Positions 1 to 6,812 of a stretch of 13,997 nucleotides of DNA are shown piece after piece (the stretch's first letter is position 1; every line of letters starts with the position of its first letter). The notes beneath the pieces were generated by a model. That model had not been told where the DNA came from. It made no database searches and saw only the letters and a list, made by a program, of their open reading frames with translations. A program made the position numbers and the translations under genes. The stretch lies in assembly GCF_002803295.2 (NCBI RefSeq), contig NZ_PGGB02000009.1, positions 53,324 to 67,320 of the forward strand. Direction: 5' to 3'. Origin of the DNA: Caedibacter taeniospiralis (GTDB lineage Bacteria > Pseudomonadota > Gammaproteobacteria > Francisellales > Francisellaceae).

Positions 1-79
1 AAAATTTATACCGCCGAGGATAGCCGATTCGATTTTGTGTATGGATATACAAAATCTATCATGAGGCCCGAGGCACCCT
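1..79 (+). repeat. Left copy of a 79-bp perfect inverted repeat (matches the reverse complement of 13916-13994)
   Basis: Direct base comparison: AAAATTTATACCGCCGAGG...GCCCGAGGCACCCT at 1-79 equals the reverse complement of AGGGTGCCTCGGGC...GGTATAAATTTT at 13916-13994. Confidence 0.97.
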
Positions 80-474
80 TTAAGCTAACAAGTCTTAAAA
101 TAGCGCGCGAAGCAAAGGTGCTTAATCTGGGTAAATTTGTGAAGAACTTAGATGCTGAGCTTGTTGCTGTTAATAATGAAAAACTAAAATTTCTCAAAAG
201 AGAGCAATCACTTAAACGGCAGATTGAGTCTATCAAGACCTACCTGGCTAAAAACATGGCTGAGGGCGAACAATTCAAGGATGCGCAAATCAGGGTGAGC
301 TGGCGCATGCCAAGCGAACAAGTGCATGTGTCTAATGTTGACATGATTCCTGAAAAATATAAACGCATCACGGTTGAAGCAGATAAAATTGAACTTAAAA
401 AAGCGATTAAAAATGGCGAGCTGATTACTGGGGCATACTTGCAGTACGTTGAACCGAGTGTGTTAATCAAATAA
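37..474 (+). CDS. Siphovirus Gp157-like protein, probably 5'-truncated or fused at the left repeat
   Basis: Coiled-coil region followed by DMIPEKYKRITVEADKIELKKAIKNGELITGAYLQYVEPSVLIK, characteristic of the Gp157 family C-terminus. The frame is open to base 1 and the expected N-terminal region is replaced by repeat sequence. Confidence 0.75.
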   Translation: MYGYTKSIMRPEAPFKLTSLKIAREAKVLNLGKFVKNLDAELVAVNNEKLKFLKREQSLKRQIESIKTYLAKNMAEGEQFKDAQIRVSWRMPSEQVHVSNVDMIPEKYKRITVEADKIELKKAIKNGELITGAYLQYVEPSVLIK

Positions 475-486
475 GAGGAAGTCGTT

Positions 487-1293
487 ATGAATATCGCTAT
501 AAGAGAACATGAAACTTTAATACAAGCAGTATCAGCACGAGAGCTTTACCAGTTTCTGGAAATTAGAGCGGATTTCACGCATTGGATGAAGCGAATGCTG
601 GAGTATGGATTTGAAGAAAATATTGACTATCTTTTGCACGTCAAAAATGACGAGCAAAAAAGCGGGCGCGGCGGTTACAACAAGGTGGACTATTTCTTAA
701 CCATTGACTGCGCCAAAGAAATAGCAATGCTTCAGCGTAGCGATAAAGGAAAACAAGCTCGCAAGTATTTTATTGAGTGTGAAAGGCAACTGAAAGAGCA
801 ACAGGCTAATCAAATTAGGGGGCAAAATACTCATGCTATTGGCAGTGGAAACTACATTGAAGCAGCAAAAGTAATGCGAGCAGCGAAGTTAGCTTTAACC
901 GGGTTAATTAAAGACAAAAACCAGTTAGCTATTGCATGTTCTCAGGTAGGTTACAAAGCTACTGGTGTTGATATTGTTAAAGCGGCGGAAATCCCGCTTA
1001 TATCAGCCCAACAGCAGCAATTATTAACCCCTACTCAATTAAGTAAAAGTATTGCCCCAAATCTGTCTGCCCAAAAGGTCAATCAGCTTCTTGAAGCCAA
1101 AGGACTGCAAACCAGAATAAAAGACGCAAAAGGTAATACAGTTTGGGCAGCTACTGAAAAAGGTTTAGATTTTGGCTTGTATCAAGACACGGGCAAAAGA
1201 CATTCAGATGGCGCGCCAGTCAGGCATTTAAATGGTTTGATAGTGTCATTGGTCAGGTGTAATCAATGCAGTACAGCGAATCTGGTGTGTTGA
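487..1293 (+). CDS. AntA/AntB-type phage antirepressor (C-terminus apparently frameshifted)
   Basis: N-terminal AntA/AntB-like LIQAVSARELYQFLEIRADFTHWMKRML..FEENIDYLL..; C-terminal TEKG..F..YQDTGKRHSDGAPV. SD AGAGGAAG upstream. Confidence 0.85.
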   Translation: MNIAIREHETLIQAVSARELYQFLEIRADFTHWMKRMLEYGFEENIDYLLHVKNDEQKSGRGGYNKVDYFLTIDCAKEIAMLQRSDKGKQARKYFIECERQLKEQQANQIRGQNTHAIGSGNYIEAAKVMRAAKLALTGLIKDKNQLAIACSQVGYKATGVDIVKAAEIPLISAQQQQLLTPTQLSKSIAPNLSAQKVNQLLEAKGLQTRIKDAKGNTVWAATEKGLDFGLYQDTGKRHSDGAPVRHLNGLIVSLVRCNQCSTANLVC

Positions 1294-1316
1294 TTAGGTG
1301 ATAGGAGGAGAAGAGG

Positions 1317-2045
1317 ATGAATCAATTAATAAAACAGCAAAAAACCATGTCAAGTCGTGAGATTGCGGAGATTACAGGTAAAGAGCATAAAAATATTTTG
1401 CGTGATATTGAGAACATGCTTAACGAGCTCAAAATTGAGCTCGTTGAATTCTTAAGCGAATATGTAGATGCCAAGGGAGAGCGAAGAAAAAGCTTTAATC
1501 TACCTAAACGTGAAACTCTCATTTTAGTGTCAGGGTATAACATAGCAATGCGCGCTAAAATTATTGACAGATGGCAGGAACTCGAAGCACAGCGATCACT
1601 GAAAGCACCTCAAAATCTTTTAGAAGCCTTGCAGCTGGCTGTGAAGCTTGAAGAAGAAAAAGAAGCGTTGAGAATTGAAAGCAAGAAAAAAGATCAGCTA
1701 ATCGGTGAATACAAACCAAAAGCAGATTATGTTGATACGATTTTAAAATCAACCTCACTGGTTACGATTACGCAGATTGCCAAAGATTATGGCAAGAGCG
1801 GTCGTGCAATGAATCAATTATTAAATGATTTAGAGATTCAGTATTTTCAGAGCGGACAGTGGTGGCTTTATAGTAAATATCACGCGCAAGGCTATACCCA
1901 TTCGGAGACAATCAGCATTAAGCATAATAGCGGGATTGATGAAATAAGAATGATCACTAAGTGGACTCAAAAAGGACGCCTGTTTTTATATGACAAATTG
2001 AAGACGATAAGCGTTTTACCATTGATTGAACAAAAAGCAGCATAG
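1317..2045 (+). CDS. Rha-family regulatory protein with KilAC-type antirepressor C-terminal domain
   Basis: Rha-like N-terminus (MSSREIAEITGKEHKNILRDIENML) and KilAC-like C-terminus (TQIAKDYGKSGRAMNQLLNDLEIQYFQSGQWWLYSKY...TKWTQKGRLFLYDKL). SD AGGAGGAGAAGAGG before ATG. Confidence 0.88.
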   Translation: MNQLIKQQKTMSSREIAEITGKEHKNILRDIENMLNELKIELVEFLSEYVDAKGERRKSFNLPKRETLILVSGYNIAMRAKIIDRWQELEAQRSLKAPQNLLEALQLAVKLEEEKEALRIESKKKDQLIGEYKPKADYVDTILKSTSLVTITQIAKDYGKSGRAMNQLLNDLEIQYFQSGQWWLYSKYHAQGYTHSETISIKHNSGIDEIRMITKWTQKGRLFLYDKLKTISVLPLIEQKAA

Positions 2046-2047
2046 CT

Positions 2048-2425
2048 GTGCAGTACGAATTTACCACAGACTATCCGCCAAGTGTTAATGGGCTTTATGT
2101 GACAGGCAGAGATGGACGCAAGCATTTAACCAAACAGCACGTTGATTTCAGAAAACAAATTCGCTTAGACATGTTAGAGCAATGCGGGATACCTCAAGCC
2201 ATTAAGTCAAGTGCAGAGCTGACGATTACACTAACCCCTGGCGATAGAAGAAAACGCGATATAGATAATGGGTTAAAAGCACTTTTGGATGGGTTACAAA
2301 AAGCCAGGCTAATCAACGATGACAAGCAAATCAAGAAGCTAAATGTTGTTATGAATGATCGAGATTTAAGCCATGGTGGAAAGTGTCACATTCAACCAAA
2401 AGCACTTAATGCAGTGCAGGAATGA
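2048..2425 (+). CDS. rusA: RusA-family Holliday junction resolvase (GTG start)
   Basis: RusA-like RRKRDIDNGLKALLDGLQKARLINDDKQIKKLNV with the D-x-D-N motif; size 125 aa; position among early phage genes. Confidence 0.85.
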   Translation: MQYEFTTDYPPSVNGLYVTGRDGRKHLTKQHVDFRKQIRLDMLEQCGIPQAIKSSAELTITLTPGDRRKRDIDNGLKALLDGLQKARLINDDKQIKKLNVVMNDRDLSHGGKCHIQPKALNAVQE

Positions 2426-2723
2426 ATTTGGAAACAAGAGGAATTAATATGGCAATAACAATCGCGCCCATCATCCATTTGAAATTACTATCGATGCGAC
2501 TGTCCAATTTATCAATGCGACTGTCCAGTTTATCAATGCGACTGTCCAGCTTGTCGATACGACCGTTTAATGTGGCAATATCTTTATCCATCTTATCACG
2601 CAAATCTGAAATATCCTCTTTCATTTCAGCTTTAAAACTAGCCATGTCTTCTCTTGTCGCGGCGTGCATCAAAATATCGACAAGCTTATCCTGGGTAATG
2701 GTTACGTTAAATTCATTTTGCAT
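2406..2723 (-). CDS. Small coiled-coil protein with C-terminal transmembrane segment
   Basis: Start revised to the Met at 2723 (MQNEFNVTITQD) because CAGGAG lies just upstream. RIDKLDS heptads repeated three times, then WMMGAIVIAILIPLVSKFIPALH. Confidence 0.7.
   Translation of the reverse strand: MQNEFNVTITQDKLVDILMHAATREDMASFKAEMKEDISDLRDKMDKDIATLNGRIDKLDSRIDKLDSRIDKLDSRIDSNFKWMMGAIVIAILIPLVSKFIPALH
2491..2574. repeat. 21-bp tandem repeat, three close copies plus a diverged fourth (TCRATGCGACTGTCCARYTTR)
   Basis: Copies at 2491-2511, 2512-2532, 2533-2553 and a degenerate copy from 2554, read directly from the sequence. Confidence 0.93.
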
Positions 2724-2782
2724 AAGGCGCTCCTGTTTTTGCGTCTGGTCAAAGTTTAGCATTAAAAAAGGAGAAACAAAAT

Positions 2783-3085
2783 ATGCACCATCATAATATT
2801 GTTGCCACTACAGGCACTTACACGGCGCAAGATGGTCAGAAGAAATATATCAATAAAACAGTTGGCAAGGTATTTCAGACGCAAAATGGCGTTAAGCTCA
2901 AGCTCGATGCCAGTTTTAATTTAGCGGCACTTGAGCAAACCGCTGATGGCAGTGTGTGGTTGTTAGTATTTCCGCCCAAAGAACAACAAGTCACACAATC
3001 CTATCAAAGCCCAAGTGCCGCACCGTACACACAGCCGACAATGCAACAAATCAATGATTTTGATGATAGTGAAGTACCTTTTTAA
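2783..3085 (+). CDS. Hypothetical small phage protein with SSB-like acidic C-terminal tip (DDSEVPF)
   Basis: ORF with SD AAGGAG upstream of ATG; Gln/Pro/Ser-rich linker then NDFDDSEVPF. Confidence 0.65.
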   Translation: MHHHNIVATTGTYTAQDGQKKYINKTVGKVFQTQNGVKLKLDASFNLAALEQTADGSVWLLVFPPKEQQVTQSYQSPSAAPYTQPTMQQINDFDDSEVPF

Positions 3086-3106
3086 GTATGCAGTTTATGG
3101 TGATGT

Positions 3107-3382
3107 ATGAGCAATGATAGCCACAAATCAACACAACAGAAATCCTTCGTAATTCATGAGGTGTTTTTTAAAAATATGCGTGCGTTTGAGATATATTATG
3201 ATTTGCCTGAAAATACGTTGTCATACATTAAAAAGAAATATAAAACCACGGCTGAAGAAGCAGCTATGCGTGCGATGGAGTTGCCTCAAGTTAAGCGCTA
3301 CATTATTTACCAGAATTCATTCACAGCTAAATTTTTACAGATGAACTTACCAACGACTGATTTTGCTTATTATGTGGGTTAA
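3107..3382 (+). CDS. Hypothetical phage protein
   Basis: 91-aa ORF in the sense operon; no family recognised. Confidence 0.5.
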   Translation: MSNDSHKSTQQKSFVIHEVFFKNMRAFEIYYDLPENTLSYIKKKYKTTAEEAAMRAMELPQVKRYIIYQNSFTAKFLQMNLPTTDFAYYVG

Positions 3383-3392
3383 GGAGAAGGTT

Positions 3393-3806
3393 ATGGGAGA
3401 ATTAACCCTTAATATGGGTTATAAGTTGATTAAAAATATAATCGGTGAGGAATATGCTGAAATCGTCCACGATGTGGCATCAAATAATGTCCGCAACAAG
3501 CTTTATTTTCCGATGTATGCGGGGAGGTCATGTGGTGAGCTTAGAAGAGCGTTGCCAAAAGAAGTATTGCAGAAGCTGTCGCAACACTTTGGTGGGCAGA
3601 CGCTTTACATACGCAAAGAAAACCTGAAAATTGATGACTCAAAACTCAAGCAATGGGCAGCAGATGTGCTTAGTAAAGCAGGTGCGTCACCGCGAGAAGT
3701 TGCGCAATTACTGAGGGTGAGAGAAAAGACGGTGCTTAATGGTTATGTTGAGAAACAGGAAAAGCCAGTTGATGACAGCGGGCAGAAGCAGATGTGTTTG
3801 TTTTAA
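3393..3806 (+). CDS. Mor-like / HTH-containing phage transcriptional regulator
   Basis: AAGGAGAAGG just upstream of the ATG at 3393. FGGQTLYIRKEN and C-terminal SPREVAQLLRVREKTVLNGY resemble Mor-family activators. Confidence 0.55.
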   Translation: MGELTLNMGYKLIKNIIGEEYAEIVHDVASNNVRNKLYFPMYAGRSCGELRRALPKEVLQKLSQHFGGQTLYIRKENLKIDDSKLKQWAADVLSKAGASPREVAQLLRVREKTVLNGYVEKQEKPVDDSGQKQMCLF

Positions 3807-4213
3807 ACAAGTTTTAAATCCAAATGTTTGTCAAAGGTGGCAAGTGCTTGTTCAATGGCTTCAATTTTTGAGCGGTAGTGCAAGTTAAATAATCGATCCA
3901 GATTTGATGGCGCAACCCCTATTTTACTGGCAATATCTGTTTTTTTAAGATTAGATGCAAGCCACTCATTATAGAGATATACTTTGGCAGCCAGTCCAAC
4001 AGGTAGCGTGATATAATCAACGCCAATATGCTGAGGCACGGGAATAGGCTTTTTGTCCTCAATATAAAAATCAAATGCTGAAATAAGCGCATCAACTGCT
4101 TGGTCCTGTAATTCAGATAGCTTTTCAACAGTTGTCACAGCTTCAGGCGCATCAGGGAATGTGACTAAATACTCGCCGTTAGTATCTTCTTGAATATTAA
4201 TGTTATATTTCAT
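3803..4213 (-). CDS. hicB: HicB-family antitoxin
   Basis: MKYNINIQEDTNGEYLVTFPDAPEAVTTVEKLSELQDQAVDALISAFDFYIEDKKPIPVP followed by an HTH. SD GAGGTGAC upstream. Preceded by a hicA-like region. Confidence 0.9.
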   Translation of the reverse strand: MKYNINIQEDTNGEYLVTFPDAPEAVTTVEKLSELQDQAVDALISAFDFYIEDKKPIPVPQHIGVDYITLPVGLAAKVYLYNEWLASNLKKTDIASKIGVAPSNLDRLFNLHYRSKIEAIEQALATFDKHLDLKLV

Positions 4214-4227
4214 AATGTCACCTCGTA

Positions 4228-4408
4228 TTATTTTAAATCCAGGTCTTTTTTAATTTTCTCAACCAAGCCTTTACCAATTTCCTTAGCACCATGGTCAGGG
4301 AAAACGGTCTGGTATCCGTTCAAATATACTTTGAAATGGCTTGCCCTTTGCCTTCTTGAACGTGGCGCCGTTGTCTTTTAACCACTTTCTGAACTCACTG
4401 TATTTCAT
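4228..4408 (-). pseudogene. hicA: HicA-family toxin with a 1-nt frameshift
   Basis: Minus-strand translation MKYSEFRKWLKDNGATFKKAKGK continues in a different frame as HFKVYLNGYQTVFPDHGAKEIGKGLVEKIKKDLDLK*. An extra G at 4338/4339 breaks the frame. The full span is 181 nt (3n+1). Confidence 0.85.
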
Positions 4409-4439
4409 TGAAGAAAGGCTCCACGCTTGTTATGTGTTT

Positions 4440-4512
4440 AGTTTATCAAAAAAGATAAACTTTTCAAGATTAATTTATCAAAAAAGATAAACAACATTAT
4501 CAATTAAGATAA
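4440..4512 (-). promoter_or_regulatory. hicAB1 promoter/operator region with three TTATC-N6-GATAA palindromes
   Basis: GTTTATCAAAAAAGATAAAC (4441-4460), TTTATCAAAAAAGATAAAC (4474-4492), TTATCAATTAAGATAA (4497-4512). -35-like TTGAAA (4462-4467) and -10-like TAAACT (4440-4445) on the - strand, 16-nt spacer. Confidence 0.65.
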
Positions 4513-4732
4513 TAAAACATTGCACAAACTGTATGGGTGATAATTGTTAGAGTGTAGTGAACATAAGCTTTTAAGGTACTTTCGGAGGCTTGAAAGCACG
4601 GGGGTCGGCTATGCGCAAAAAACACTTTCTGCGTGAATGAAAAAAACGACTTCGTTTCGCTTTTGACACCTATGTGTATGGGGAAAGTGTTAAAAAAGCG
4701 AAATCAATAGCGAAATTAAAGGGGAATGGGGT

Positions 4733-6301
4733 TTGGAAAATAAGATTGAATATTTGGGTATTGATGAGTTGATGCCGTACAAAAATAACGCCCGTACACA
4801 TAGTGAAAATCAAATCAATAAGATTGCCGCCAGTATGCAAGAGTTCGGCTTTATAGCGCCTGTTGTGATTAACGATGAAAATATGATTTTGGCAGGTCAT
4901 GGTCGTCTGATTGCAGCAAAGCAGATAGGACTGCAACAAGTGCCCGTTGTGCGTGTTGCGCATTTAACGAAAGCGCAGCAGCGTGCCTATACTTTAGCTG
5001 ACAATCGCATTGCTGATGATGCGGGCTGGGATGATGAGCTTTTGAAGATTGAGCTTAGTGAACTGAACGAGTTAGATTTTGATTTAACGATGACGGGTTT
5101 TGAAGATGAGGAGTTAAACCGTCTTATCTTTGAAGAGGAGGACGAAGAAGATACATTTTTAACGGATGAGGAAGATTGTCCCGCGGTTGAAAACAATGCG
5201 GTATCTGTCTATGGAGATGTCTGGCTTTTGGGTGAGCATCGGGTGATGTGTGGTGATAGTACGGTGATAAGTGATGTTAAAAAGCTTGTAGGTGATGAAA
5301 AAGCACAACTACTCCACGCCGATCCCCCTTACGGTATGGGCAAGGCTAGTGATGGCGTTGCGAATGATAACTTATACGATGAGAAGCTCGATGACTTTCA
5401 AATGGCGTGGTGGGTGACTTTTCGTACTTTTGTTGCTGACAATGCCAGTGCGTATATTTGGGATAATGCACCCGAGTTATGGCGACTTTGGTATAAACGA
5501 TTAGAGAAGACTGAGCATATAGAGCTGCGCAATCAGATTGTGTGGGATAAAAAAAGCATTGCGGGAATGAAGTCAGAATTAATGACGCAGTTCCCGATTG
5601 CGACAGAACATTGTTTGTTTATGCAGCTTGGCAAGCAGTTTATTGGCTCAATTAACGCAGAGGACTACCCAGAGGAATACGAGGTGATCAGAACTTATCT
5701 AGCCGATGAAGCACAAAAAGCAGGGGTAAAGCAAAAAGACATGCAGCAACATTGCAACTGCCAAATGTATGCCCACTGGTTTACTAAATCCCAATTCACA
5801 TTAATTCCACAAAAGCATTACAAAACACTGCAAGCGGCTTATCCAGAGTACTTTAAAAAGTCATGGAGTGAATTAAAAAAAGAGTGGGATAAGCTAAAAG
5901 GTAAAGGCAGTGAGTTTAAGGCTGGCAAACTACAGTCGATGCGCAGTTATTTCGATAATGCGCACGAAGTGATGCGAGACGTATGGGAGTTTCCACGCGT
6001 CGTTGGTGATGAGCGTCATGGTCACGCAACGCCAAAGCCCGTTGCAATGATGGAACGCATTATGAAATCAAGCTTGCCTGCCAAAGGTTTATGCTTAGAG
6101 CCGTTTGGTGGCAGTGGCGCGACACTGATTGGTGCAGAAAAAACAAAGCGAAAATGTTACACAATGGAGTTGCAGCCCTGCTATGTCGACGTGATTGTTA
6201 AACGTTGGCAAAGTTTTACAGGCAAAGAGGCAATTCATTTAGCGTCTGGCAAAACATTTAATCAATTACTCAATACAGCAGATGAGAAAGTAAGCACATG
6301 A
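4733..6301 (+). CDS. ParB-like nuclease domain fused to a DNA methyltransferase (N4/N6-type, motif IV before motif I)
   Basis: ParB/sulfiredoxin-like N-terminus (YKNNARTH...VINDENMILAGHGRLIAAKQIG..VPVV), then catalytic DPPYGMG, later EPFGGSGATLIGAE. TTG start after a G-rich SD-like sequence. Confidence 0.9.
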   Translation: MENKIEYLGIDELMPYKNNARTHSENQINKIAASMQEFGFIAPVVINDENMILAGHGRLIAAKQIGLQQVPVVRVAHLTKAQQRAYTLADNRIADDAGWDDELLKIELSELNELDFDLTMTGFEDEELNRLIFEEEDEEDTFLTDEEDCPAVENNAVSVYGDVWLLGEHRVMCGDSTVISDVKKLVGDEKAQLLHADPPYGMGKASDGVANDNLYDEKLDDFQMAWWVTFRTFVADNASAYIWDNAPELWRLWYKRLEKTEHIELRNQIVWDKKSIAGMKSELMTQFPIATEHCLFMQLGKQFIGSINAEDYPEEYEVIRTYLADEAQKAGVKQKDMQQHCNCQMYAHWFTKSQFTLIPQKHYKTLQAAYPEYFKKSWSELKKEWDKLKGKGSEFKAGKLQSMRSYFDNAHEVMRDVWEFPRVVGDERHGHATPKPVAMMERIMKSSLPAKGLCLEPFGGSGATLIGAEKTKRKCYTMELQPCYVDVIVKRWQSFTGKEAIHLASGKTFNQLLNTADEKVST

Positions 6302-6302
6302 T

Positions 6303-6812
6303 ATGGCAGCAAATCTTATCACTGCAAGGGTTCTTGCAAAACTACTGAAATTATCAGAACGAAGAGTTCAGCAACTGGTTAAAGAAGGAGTTTTGACAAA
6401 AGAAAAAAATGGACAATATCCGATGATTGAAAATATTCATCGATATATTGATTACATTGGTGTACGTGCAAGGAATAATGACAGTGATATTGATTTAAAT
6501 GTGGCGTTGAAGGAGGAGAAATTGCGATTGATAAAAGCTCAAGCTGACAATCAAGAAATCAAAGCCAAGTTAGCCGCTAAGCAAGTCATTGAAGTGAGTC
6601 GAATTGAAATGGTTCTTGGTGCAGTTTTCACATTGATGCGTGAGCGTTTGCTTAATATCCCAGATAGATCGGAGCGTACACTGGTTGGTGAGACAGACAA
6701 AGATATATTTAAAAAAACACTTACGCATGAAATTACAGATTCAATGTATAGTATTGAAGATGGTATTGATGAAGTGTTTGATAAACTAATCAATGGAGAC
6801 AGTAATGACTGA
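6303..6812 (+). CDS. Phage terminase small subunit (Nu1-like)
   Basis: N-terminal wHTH (ITARVLAKLLKLSERRVQQLVKEGVLTKEKNGQYPM) and helical C-terminus, directly upstream of a GpA-like terminase large subunit. Confidence 0.85.
   Translation: MAANLITARVLAKLLKLSERRVQQLVKEGVLTKEKNGQYPMIENIHRYIDYIGVRARNNDSDIDLNVALKEEKLRLIKAQADNQEIKAKLAAKQVIEVSRIEMVLGAVFTLMRERLLNIPDRSERTLVGETDKDIFKKTLTHEITDSMYSIEDGIDEVFDKLINGDSND

Noticed and set aside
1265-1300. Mini-ORF ATG CAG TAC AGC GAA ... TGA (MQYSESGVLIR) between the two antirepressors.
   Set aside because: Only 11 codons and no clear RBS; more likely intergenic sequence after the antirepressor.
2491-2574. Considered whether the 21-bp repeats could be a CRISPR-like or iteron array.
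   Set aside because: There are no spacers between units and each unit translates to a heptad in an ORF with an SD, so a coding tandem repeat explains it. An iteron role lacks any replication initiator gene here.
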